Below are positions 29,903-40,243 of a stretch of 40,673 nucleotides of DNA, one piece after another. The number at the start of each line of letters is the position of its first letter. The first letter of the stretch is position 1. Location of the stretch: assembly GCA_000004985.1 (NCBI GenBank), contig GG738955.1. The stretch is one strand, 5' to 3'. The stretch is from Naegleria gruberi. Its lineage: Eukaryota. Below the pieces are notes generated by a model that had not been told where the DNA came from, made no database searches, and worked only from the letters and a program-made list of their open reading frames with translations. Position numbers and translations under genes: made by a program.

Positions 29903-32900
29903 NNNNNNNNNNNNNNNNNNNNNNNNNNNNNNNNNNNNNNNNNNNNNNNNNNNNNNNNNNNNNNNNNNNNNNNNNNNNNNNNNNNNNNNNNNNNNNNNNN
30001 NNNNNNNNNNNNNNNNNNNNNNNNNNNNNNNNNNNNNNNNNNNNNNNNNNNNNNNNNNNNNNNNNNNNNNNNNNNNNNNNNNNNNNNNNNNNNNNNNNNN
30101 NNNNNNNNNNNNNNNNNNNNNNNNNNNNNNNNNNNNNNNNNNNNNNNNNNNNNNNNNNNNNNNNNNNNNNNNNNNNNNNNNNNNNNNNNNNNNNNNNNNN
30201 NNNNNNNNNNNNNNNNNNNNNNNNNNNNNNNNNNNNNNNNNNNNNNNNNNNNNNNNNNNNNNNNNNNNNNNNNNNNNNNNNNNNNNNNNNNNNNNNNNNN
30301 NNNNNNNNNNNNNNNNNNNNNNNNNNNNNNNNNNNNNNNNNNNNNNNNNNNNNNNNNNNNNNNNNNNNNNNNNNNNNNNNNNNNNNNNNNNNNNNNNNNN
30401 NNNNNNNNNNNNNNNNNNNNNNNNNNNNNNNNNNNNNNNNNNNNNNNNNNNNNNNNNNNNNNNNNNNNNNNNNNNNNNNNNNNNNNNNNNNNNNNNNNNN
30501 NNNNNNNNNNNNNNNNNNNNNNNNNNNNNNNNNNNNNNNNNNNNNNNNNNNNNNNNNNNNNNNNNNNNNNNNNNNNNNNNNNNNNNNNNNNNNNNNNNNN
30601 NNNNNNNNNNNNNNNNNNNNNNNNNNNNNNNNNNNNNNNNNNNNNNNNNNNNNNNNNNNNNNNNNNNNNNNNNNNNNNNNNNNNNNNNNNNNNNNNNNNN
30701 NNNNNNNNNNNNNNNNNNNNNNNNNNNNNNNNNNNNNNNNNNNNNNNNNNNNNNNNNNNNNNNNNNNNNNNNNNNNNNNNNNNNNNNNNNNNNNNNNNNN
30801 NNNNNNNNNNNNNNNNNNNNNNNNNNNNNNNNNNNNNNNNNNNNNNNNNNNNNNNNNNNNNNNNNNNNNNNNNNNNNNNNNNNNNNNNNNNNNNNNNNNN
30901 NNNNNNNNNNNNNNNNNNNNNNNNNNNNNNNNNNNNNNNNNNNNNNNNNNNNNNNNNNNNNNNNNNNNNNNNNNNNNNNNNNNNNNNNNNNNNNNNNNNN
31001 NNNNNNNNNNNNNNNNNNNNNNNNNNNNNNNNNNNNNNNNNNNNNNNNNNNNNNNNNNNNNNNNNNNNNNNNNNNNNNNNNNNNNNNNNNNNNNNNNNNN
31101 NNNNNNNNNNNNNNNNNNNNNNNNNNNNNNNNNNNNNNNNNNNNNNNNNNNNNNNNNNNNNNNNNNNNNNNNNNNNNNNNNNNNNNNNNNNNNNNNNNNN
31201 NNNNNNNNNNNNNNNNNNNNNNNNNNNNNNNNNNNNNNNNNNNNNNNNNNNNNNNNNNNNNNNNNNNNNNNNNNNNNNNNNNNNNNNNNNNNNNNNNNNN
31301 NNNNNNNNNNNNNNNNNNNNNNNNNNNNNNNNNNNNNNNNNNNNNNNNNNNNNNNNNNNNNNNNNNNNNNNNNNNNNNNNNNNNNNNNNNNNNNNNNNNN
31401 NNNNNNNNNNNNNNNNNNNNNNNNNNNNNNNNNNNNNNNNNNNNNNNNNNNNNNNNNNNNNNNNNNNNNNNNNNNNNNNNNNNNNNNNNNNNNNNNNNNN
31501 NNNNNNNNNNNNNNNNNNNNNNNNNNNNNNNNNNNNNNNNNNNNNNNNNNNNNNNNNNNNNNNNNNNNNNNNNNNNNNNNNNNNNNNNNNNNNNNNNNNN
31601 NNNNNNNNNNNNNNNNNNNNNNNNNNNNNNNNNNNNNNNNNNNNNNNNNNNNNNNNNNNNNNNNNNNNNNNNNNNNNNNNNNNNNNNNNNNNNNNNNNNN
31701 NNNNNNNNNNNNNNNNNNNNNNNNNNNNNNNNNNNNNNNNNNNNNNNNNNNNNNNNNNNNNNNNNNNNNNNNNNNNNNNNNNNNNNNNNNNNNNNNNNNN
31801 NNNNNNNNNNNNNNNNNNNNNNNNNNNNNNNNNNNNNNNNNNNNNNNNNNNNNNNNNNNNNNNNNNNNNNNNNNNNNNNNNNNNNNNNNNNNNNNNNNNN
31901 NNNNNNNNNNNNNNNNNNNNNNNNNNNNNNNNNNNNNNNNNNNNNNNNNNNNNNNNNNNNNNNNNNNNNNNNNNNNNNNNNNNNNNNNNNNNNNNNNNNN
32001 NNNNNNNNNNNNNNNNNNNNNNNNNNNNNNNNNNNNNNNNNNNNNNNNNNNNNNNNNNNNNNNNNNNNNNNNNNNNNNNNNNNNNNNNNNNNNNNNNNNN
32101 NNNNNNNNNNNNNNNNNNNNNNNNNNNNNNNNNNNNNNNNNNNNNNNNNNNNNNNNNNNNNNNNNNNNNNNNNNNNNNNNNNNNNNNNNNNNNNNNNNNN
32201 NNNNNNNNNNNNNNNNNNNNNNNNNNNNNNNNNNNNNNNNNNNNNNNNNNNNNNNNNNNNNNNNNNNNNNNNNNNNNNNNNNNNNNNNNNNNNNNNNNNN
32301 NNNNNNNNNNNNNNNNNNNNNNNNNNNNNNNNNNNNNNNNNNNNNNNNNNNNNNNNNNNNNNNNNNNNNNNNNNNNNNNNNNNNNNNNNNNNNNNNNNNN
32401 NNNNNNNNNNNNNNNNNNNNNNNNNNNNNNNNNNNNNNNNNNNNNNNNNNNNNNNNNNNNNNNNNNNNNNNNNNNNNNNNNNNNNNNNNNNNNNNNNNNN
32501 NNNNNNNNNNNNNNNNNNNNNNNNNNNNNNNNNNNNNNNNNNNNNNNNNNNNNNNNNNNNNNNNNNNNNNNNNNNNNNNNNNNNNNNNNNNNNNNNNNNN
32601 NNNNNNNNNNNNNNNNNNNNNNNNNNNNNNNNNNNNNNNNNNNNNNNNNNNNNNNNNNNNNNNNNNNNNNNNNNNNNNNNNNNNNNNNNNNNNNNNNNNN
32701 NNNNNNNNNNNNNNNNNNNNNNNNNNNNNNNNNNNNNNNNNNNNNNNNNNNNNNNNNNNNNNNNNNNNNNNNNNNNNNNNNNNNNNNNNNNNNNNNNNNN
32801 NNNNNNNNNNNNNNNNNNNNNNNNNNNNNNNNNNNNNNNNNNNNNNNNNNNNNNNNNNNNNNNNNNNNNNNNNNNNNNNNNNNNNNNNNNNNNNNNNNNN

Positions 32901-34193
32901 NNNNNNNNNNNNNNNNNNNNNNNNNNNNNNNNNNNNNNNNNNNNNNNNNNNNNNNNNNNNNNNNNNNNNNNNNNNNNNNNNNNNNNNNNNNNNNNNNNNN
33001 NNNNNNNNNNNNNNNNNNNNNNNNNNNNNNNNNNNNNNNNNNNNNNNNNNNNNNNNNNNNNNNNNNNNNNNNNNNNNNNNNNNNNNNNNNNNNNNNNNNN
33101 NNNNNNNNNNNNNNNNNNNNNNNNNNNNNNNNNNNNNNNNNNNNNNNNNNNNNNNNNNNNNNNNNNNNNNNNNNNNNNNNNNNNNNNNNNNNNNNNNNNN
33201 NNNNNNNNNNNNNNNNNNNNNNNNNNNNNNNNNNNNNNNNNNNNNNNNNNNNNNNNNNNNNNNNNNNNNNNNNNNNNNNNNNNNNNNNNNNNNNNNNNNN
33301 NNNNNNNNNNNNNNNNNNNNNNNNNNNNNNNNNNNNNNNNNNNNNNNNNNNNNNNNNNNNNNNNNNNNNNNNNNNNNNNNNNNNNNNNNNNNNNNNNNNN
33401 NNNNNNNNNNNNNNNNNNNNNNNNNNNNNNNNNNNNNNNNNNNNNNNNNNNNNNNNNNNNNNNNNNNNNNNNNNNNNNNNNNNNNNNNNNNNNNNNNNNN
33501 NNNNNNNNNNNNNNNNNNNNNNNNNNNNNNNNNNNNNNNNNNNNNNNNNNNNNNNNNNNNNNNNNNNNNNNNNNNNNNNNNNNNNNNNNNNNNNNNNNNN
33601 NNNNNNNNNNNNNNNNNNNNNNNNNNNNNNNNNNNNNNNNNNNNNNNNNNNNNNNNNNNNNNNNNNNNNNNNNNNNNNNNNNNNNNNNNNNNNNNNNNNN
33701 NNNNNNNNNNNNNNNNNNNNNNNNNNNNNNNNNNNNNNNNNNNNNNNNNNNNNNNNNNNNNNNNNNNNNNNNNNNNNNNNNNNNNNNNNNNNNNNNNNNN
33801 NNNNNNNNNNNNNNNNNNNNNNNNNNNNNNNNNNNNNNNNNNNNNNNNNNNNNNNNNNNNNNNNNNNNNNNNNNNNNNNNNNNNNNNNNNNNNNNNNNNN
33901 NNNNNNNNNNNNNNNNNNNNNNNNNNNNNNNNNNNNNNNNNNNNNNNNNNNNNNNNNNNNNNNNNNNNNNNNNNNNNNNNNNNNNNNNNNNNNNNNNNNN
34001 NNNNNNNNNNNNNNNNNNNNNNNNNNNNNNNNNNNNNNNNNNNNNNNNNNNNNNNNNNNNNNNNNNNNNNNNNNNNNNNNNNNNNNNNNNNNNNNNNNNN
34101 NNNNNNNNNNNNNNNNNNNNNNNNNNNNNNNNNNNNNNNNNNNNNNNNNNNNNNNNNNNNNNNNNNNNNNNNNNNNNNNNNNNNNNNNNNNNN
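29903..34193. other. Assembly gap (4291 N).
   Basis: n run. Confidence 0.95.
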
Positions 34194-34482
34194 CTTCCCA
34201 AAGTTGAGATTCTAATCGTGAAGAATTGTTCCATGGAAATGGTACAAGTTCACAAAATTAATTCACAATTGTTTTGAAGCAAATCAAACAGGTTTCCATT
34301 GTAACTTGCAGATAGATTGTTAGAGTTTGGAATCCAATACATTACAAGCAACAATACACAAACTCAAAAATCTCCAAAACAATTTTGTTTGTGCGTTCCA
34401 AACGTGCCAAAAATAATTCAAAAATATTTGCTCCTCTGCTAGAAAGGCGATACAAAAAAACAGCACAACACCTCCTACTAAC

Positions 34483-34800
34483 ATGAGTCTATTCTTTGAT
34501 GCTTCCTTCTTCGATGAGCCATGCAAGTTTGGCCAATTGTTCCATACTATTGATTCAATCTCCTACAAGGAATGGAAAGAAACAGTTCAGAGCAACTGGA
34601 CCAATGTGAATGACTTTCACAAATACCGTGCAGATACAATACAGTTCCTGAGTGATTACTGCTATCAGCTGGGGCAATTAGACCCTAAGAGTTGTACCAA
34701 GTATAATCTTCCATTGGCCAAAGCCATGCTCCAATCACCAAATTATGTTCAAGTTGCCTTTGCAATGTATTATATTTTGCAAGTTTTTAAATCCATGTAA
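34483..34800 (+). CDS. Hypothetical 105-aa protein.
   Basis: ATG to TAA ORF with somewhat higher coding-like GC than its flanks. I saw no recognisable motif, and it lacks the A-run start context seen at the other genes. The overlapping minus ORF 34320-34526 is judged spurious. Confidence 0.3.
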   Translation: MSLFFDASFFDEPCKFGQLFHTIDSISYKEWKETVQSNWTNVNDFHKYRADTIQFLSDYCYQLGQLDPKSCTKYNLPLAKAMLQSPNYVQVAFAMYYILQVFKSM

Positions 34801-35332
34801 TCCATCCATTAATCCTCCTCTTGTACATACAAATAATACCAACAATAATCCGATCATTAAATTATTAATATTTCATGATGATATGAGAATGTTGTTTCTT
34901 GTTGGATGATCAAAGGTGAACATGTTTTTAGACTTTTGTAAAATTAACAAATTTAAAAAATGGCGCGAAAATCCAAAGGCTTACCTTCATCATTGAAATA
35001 GTTGTTTTCACCATCATCAAAATATTTAATTATCAACATCACCAGTGATTGTTGTATAGAATAATAGCTTGTAGAGTCTCACAATCAGAGAGGTTTTTAG
35101 AGGTTGAGAACTCAGGATAACATATTGTATTCAACAACATGCAAGGGTTGGGAATTCACAAGGTTAACCTTCATCTTGGTCTCCGATACGTTTTGAACAT
35201 GTCTCTGCTATTCAGGGCATCCAATCACGTTTCTTCAATATCACTCTCAACCGTCCTAAAAGCAAAACATTTTGTCGATCAAAGTTTTGAAATTTCTGAT
35301 GGAAGTCACAACTCAAAAAACAACCTAAAAAA

Positions 35333-35851
35333 ATGGCTCAAAGAACCACCATAACAAAATCAAACATTGAGAATAGTAAGACTACTTTAAAGGCTAAGGA
35401 TCATTCAAGTCAAAGGGAGGCTACTGATCAATATCATCATCGAATCAAGCCTGTTCTATCTATGGCTGAAACCTTAAAGGAGAAGGTAGCAAAATCAACA
35501 AAGCCAAACATCAACAAGACAATGATAACCCCTGAAGTTATATTGATTAATGGAATCAAAGTCAAGATAAATTGCAAGAATAGTGTAAAATTGGCTAAAA
35601 ACTTTGGAGATTATGAGAAGAAAAGGCTAGAAGGTCTTGAATGGCAGAAATTTGCAAGAATACTAAAGAATGTCAATGGAGATATCAAGTTTGATTTAAA
35701 GATTGTAGAATTCACTCCTGAAAATCAAGTCAAGGGAGATGTAGGCTATACTTGTAAACACAGAAGATCTCATTGCATACATCATGAAGAATTGAAGAAG
35801 GCTTTTATAACTTGGCCATTTGCTCTAGCAATTATCAAACAAGTACGAAAA
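35333..35851 (+). CDS. N-terminal 173 codons of an unidentified protein that continues into the gap.
   Basis: ATG in 'ctaaaaaaATGGCT' context. The frame stays open exactly to the gap edge. There is no P-loop, so this is not simply the N-terminus of the downstream Ras-like fragment unless that protein is multidomain. Confidence 0.5.
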
Positions 35852-38800
35852 NNNNNNNNNNNNNNNNNNNNNNNNNNNNNNNNNNNNNNNNNNNNNNNNN
35901 NNNNNNNNNNNNNNNNNNNNNNNNNNNNNNNNNNNNNNNNNNNNNNNNNNNNNNNNNNNNNNNNNNNNNNNNNNNNNNNNNNNNNNNNNNNNNNNNNNNN
36001 NNNNNNNNNNNNNNNNNNNNNNNNNNNNNNNNNNNNNNNNNNNNNNNNNNNNNNNNNNNNNNNNNNNNNNNNNNNNNNNNNNNNNNNNNNNNNNNNNNNN
36101 NNNNNNNNNNNNNNNNNNNNNNNNNNNNNNNNNNNNNNNNNNNNNNNNNNNNNNNNNNNNNNNNNNNNNNNNNNNNNNNNNNNNNNNNNNNNNNNNNNNN
36201 NNNNNNNNNNNNNNNNNNNNNNNNNNNNNNNNNNNNNNNNNNNNNNNNNNNNNNNNNNNNNNNNNNNNNNNNNNNNNNNNNNNNNNNNNNNNNNNNNNNN
36301 NNNNNNNNNNNNNNNNNNNNNNNNNNNNNNNNNNNNNNNNNNNNNNNNNNNNNNNNNNNNNNNNNNNNNNNNNNNNNNNNNNNNNNNNNNNNNNNNNNNN
36401 NNNNNNNNNNNNNNNNNNNNNNNNNNNNNNNNNNNNNNNNNNNNNNNNNNNNNNNNNNNNNNNNNNNNNNNNNNNNNNNNNNNNNNNNNNNNNNNNNNNN
36501 NNNNNNNNNNNNNNNNNNNNNNNNNNNNNNNNNNNNNNNNNNNNNNNNNNNNNNNNNNNNNNNNNNNNNNNNNNNNNNNNNNNNNNNNNNNNNNNNNNNN
36601 NNNNNNNNNNNNNNNNNNNNNNNNNNNNNNNNNNNNNNNNNNNNNNNNNNNNNNNNNNNNNNNNNNNNNNNNNNNNNNNNNNNNNNNNNNNNNNNNNNNN
36701 NNNNNNNNNNNNNNNNNNNNNNNNNNNNNNNNNNNNNNNNNNNNNNNNNNNNNNNNNNNNNNNNNNNNNNNNNNNNNNNNNNNNNNNNNNNNNNNNNNNN
36801 NNNNNNNNNNNNNNNNNNNNNNNNNNNNNNNNNNNNNNNNNNNNNNNNNNNNNNNNNNNNNNNNNNNNNNNNNNNNNNNNNNNNNNNNNNNNNNNNNNNN
36901 NNNNNNNNNNNNNNNNNNNNNNNNNNNNNNNNNNNNNNNNNNNNNNNNNNNNNNNNNNNNNNNNNNNNNNNNNNNNNNNNNNNNNNNNNNNNNNNNNNNN
37001 NNNNNNNNNNNNNNNNNNNNNNNNNNNNNNNNNNNNNNNNNNNNNNNNNNNNNNNNNNNNNNNNNNNNNNNNNNNNNNNNNNNNNNNNNNNNNNNNNNNN
37101 NNNNNNNNNNNNNNNNNNNNNNNNNNNNNNNNNNNNNNNNNNNNNNNNNNNNNNNNNNNNNNNNNNNNNNNNNNNNNNNNNNNNNNNNNNNNNNNNNNNN
37201 NNNNNNNNNNNNNNNNNNNNNNNNNNNNNNNNNNNNNNNNNNNNNNNNNNNNNNNNNNNNNNNNNNNNNNNNNNNNNNNNNNNNNNNNNNNNNNNNNNNN
37301 NNNNNNNNNNNNNNNNNNNNNNNNNNNNNNNNNNNNNNNNNNNNNNNNNNNNNNNNNNNNNNNNNNNNNNNNNNNNNNNNNNNNNNNNNNNNNNNNNNNN
37401 NNNNNNNNNNNNNNNNNNNNNNNNNNNNNNNNNNNNNNNNNNNNNNNNNNNNNNNNNNNNNNNNNNNNNNNNNNNNNNNNNNNNNNNNNNNNNNNNNNNN
37501 NNNNNNNNNNNNNNNNNNNNNNNNNNNNNNNNNNNNNNNNNNNNNNNNNNNNNNNNNNNNNNNNNNNNNNNNNNNNNNNNNNNNNNNNNNNNNNNNNNNN
37601 NNNNNNNNNNNNNNNNNNNNNNNNNNNNNNNNNNNNNNNNNNNNNNNNNNNNNNNNNNNNNNNNNNNNNNNNNNNNNNNNNNNNNNNNNNNNNNNNNNNN
37701 NNNNNNNNNNNNNNNNNNNNNNNNNNNNNNNNNNNNNNNNNNNNNNNNNNNNNNNNNNNNNNNNNNNNNNNNNNNNNNNNNNNNNNNNNNNNNNNNNNNN
37801 NNNNNNNNNNNNNNNNNNNNNNNNNNNNNNNNNNNNNNNNNNNNNNNNNNNNNNNNNNNNNNNNNNNNNNNNNNNNNNNNNNNNNNNNNNNNNNNNNNNN
37901 NNNNNNNNNNNNNNNNNNNNNNNNNNNNNNNNNNNNNNNNNNNNNNNNNNNNNNNNNNNNNNNNNNNNNNNNNNNNNNNNNNNNNNNNNNNNNNNNNNNN
38001 NNNNNNNNNNNNNNNNNNNNNNNNNNNNNNNNNNNNNNNNNNNNNNNNNNNNNNNNNNNNNNNNNNNNNNNNNNNNNNNNNNNNNNNNNNNNNNNNNNNN
38101 NNNNNNNNNNNNNNNNNNNNNNNNNNNNNNNNNNNNNNNNNNNNNNNNNNNNNNNNNNNNNNNNNNNNNNNNNNNNNNNNNNNNNNNNNNNNNNNNNNNN
38201 NNNNNNNNNNNNNNNNNNNNNNNNNNNNNNNNNNNNNNNNNNNNNNNNNNNNNNNNNNNNNNNNNNNNNNNNNNNNNNNNNNNNNNNNNNNNNNNNNNNN
38301 NNNNNNNNNNNNNNNNNNNNNNNNNNNNNNNNNNNNNNNNNNNNNNNNNNNNNNNNNNNNNNNNNNNNNNNNNNNNNNNNNNNNNNNNNNNNNNNNNNNN
38401 NNNNNNNNNNNNNNNNNNNNNNNNNNNNNNNNNNNNNNNNNNNNNNNNNNNNNNNNNNNNNNNNNNNNNNNNNNNNNNNNNNNNNNNNNNNNNNNNNNNN
38501 NNNNNNNNNNNNNNNNNNNNNNNNNNNNNNNNNNNNNNNNNNNNNNNNNNNNNNNNNNNNNNNNNNNNNNNNNNNNNNNNNNNNNNNNNNNNNNNNNNNN
38601 NNNNNNNNNNNNNNNNNNNNNNNNNNNNNNNNNNNNNNNNNNNNNNNNNNNNNNNNNNNNNNNNNNNNNNNNNNNNNNNNNNNNNNNNNNNNNNNNNNNN
38701 NNNNNNNNNNNNNNNNNNNNNNNNNNNNNNNNNNNNNNNNNNNNNNNNNNNNNNNNNNNNNNNNNNNNNNNNNNNNNNNNNNNNNNNNNNNNNNNNNNNN

Positions 38801-39625
38801 NNNNNNNNNNNNNNNNNNNNNNNNNNNNNNNNNNNNNNNNNNNNNNNNNNNNNNNNNNNNNNNNNNNNNNNNNNNNNNNNNNNNNNNNNNNNNNNNNNNN
38901 NNNNNNNNNNNNNNNNNNNNNNNNNNNNNNNNNNNNNNNNNNNNNNNNNNNNNNNNNNNNNNNNNNNNNNNNNNNNNNNNNNNNNNNNNNNNNNNNNNNN
39001 NNNNNNNNNNNNNNNNNNNNNNNNNNNNNNNNNNNNNNNNNNNNNNNNNNNNNNNNNNNNNNNNNNNNNNNNNNNNNNNNNNNNNNNNNNNNNNNNNNNN
39101 NNNNNNNNNNNNNNNNNNNNNNNNNNNNNNNNNNNNNNNNNNNNNNNNNNNNNNNNNNNNNNNNNNNNNNNNNNNNNNNNNNNNNNNNNNNNNNNNNNNN
39201 NNNNNNNNNNNNNNNNNNNNNNNNNNNNNNNNNNNNNNNNNNNNNNNNNNNNNNNNNNNNNNNNNNNNNNNNNNNNNNNNNNNNNNNNNNNNNNNNNNNN
39301 NNNNNNNNNNNNNNNNNNNNNNNNNNNNNNNNNNNNNNNNNNNNNNNNNNNNNNNNNNNNNNNNNNNNNNNNNNNNNNNNNNNNNNNNNNNNNNNNNNNN
39401 NNNNNNNNNNNNNNNNNNNNNNNNNNNNNNNNNNNNNNNNNNNNNNNNNNNNNNNNNNNNNNNNNNNNNNNNNNNNNNNNNNNNNNNNNNNNNNNNNNNN
39501 NNNNNNNNNNNNNNNNNNNNNNNNNNNNNNNNNNNNNNNNNNNNNNNNNNNNNNNNNNNNNNNNNNNNNNNNNNNNNNNNNNNNNNNNNNNNNNNNNNNN
39601 NNNNNNNNNNNNNNNNNNNNNNNNN
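35852..39625. other. Assembly gap (3774 N).
   Basis: n run. Confidence 0.95.
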
Positions 39626-39627
39626 CT

Positions 39628-40023
39628 CAGACAAATCTTTTTACAATGAACTATGCCATCAATGATTTTTCAAGTTTGAAATATTTAGTTGAGCATNTGA
39701 TGTGGGAATGCACTCTTGGTGCTCCTACCGCTACATTTGTTGTTGTTTCCACAAAGAACGATCTCAAAGATTCACTCTACTGGAATAGTTTGTTTTATTC
39801 TACTACTGTTGATGAACCAATTTCAAAAGAGGAAGGAATTGAATTTACAAAAGCAATAGGAGCTGTCTCGTTTATTGAAACAAGTGCAAAAACAGGCGAA
39901 GGAACAATTGATTTCGATAAGAGACTTGGATTATTGACACATACTCATTTGCACATTTTGGAAAACCCACAAAAAATTGAAACAAACAAGAACCACAAGG
40001 AGAAGAAATGTACTGTTCAGTAG
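39628..40023 (+). CDS. C-terminal half of a Ras-family small GTPase with a polybasic stretch plus CAAX box (KEKKCTVQ-stop). It is 5' partial, running out of the gap. Stop is TAG.
   Basis: G4 motif 'VVVSTKND' (NKxD variant) at 39751-39762. G5 'SFIETSAKTGEGTIDF' at about 39871-39915 closely matches the Ras consensus 'IETSAKT'. The C-terminal Cys-Thr-Val-Gln at 40009-40020 is a CAAX prenylation motif. Confidence 0.75.
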   Translation, partial: QTNLFTMNYAINDFSSLKYLVEHXMWECTLGAPTATFVVVSTKNDLKDSLYWNSLFYSTTVDEPISKEEGIEFTKAIGAVSFIETSAKTGEGTIDFDKRLGLLTHTHLHILENPQKIETNKNHKEKKCTVQ

Positions 40024-40045
40024 TCTTTACAGCACTGAAAATTGT

Positions 40046-40077
40046 TTATGTGAAATATATAATATATTATGTGAAAT
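40046..40077 (+). promoter_or_regulatory. Direct repeat TTATGTGAAAT x2 (40046-40056 and 40067-40077) in the 3' UTR of the GTPase gene.
   Basis: Exact 11-mer duplicated 21 bp apart, 23-54 nt after the TAG stop. It contains the recurrent TGTGAAAT 8-mer described in the findings. Confidence 0.35.
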
Positions 40078-40243
40078 TGTGGCCCAACCAACTCGAATGT
40101 TTTTCAAAAGATTCCTTCAACACCCACAGTGTTTGAATGTTGTAATTTTATGACAACTTTTTGAGAGCGAATTTTAAATGGTGGATTTTCAAAAACATTT
40201 CAGAATTTACATTTTGAAATTCCCTTTTTAGATTTTAAAAAAA

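Noticed and set aside
34960-35001. 13-codon ORF MARKSKGLPSSLK with a perfect A-run start context; it could be a tiny first exon.
   Set aside because: There is no splice donor after it and no downstream continuation. It is too short to support.
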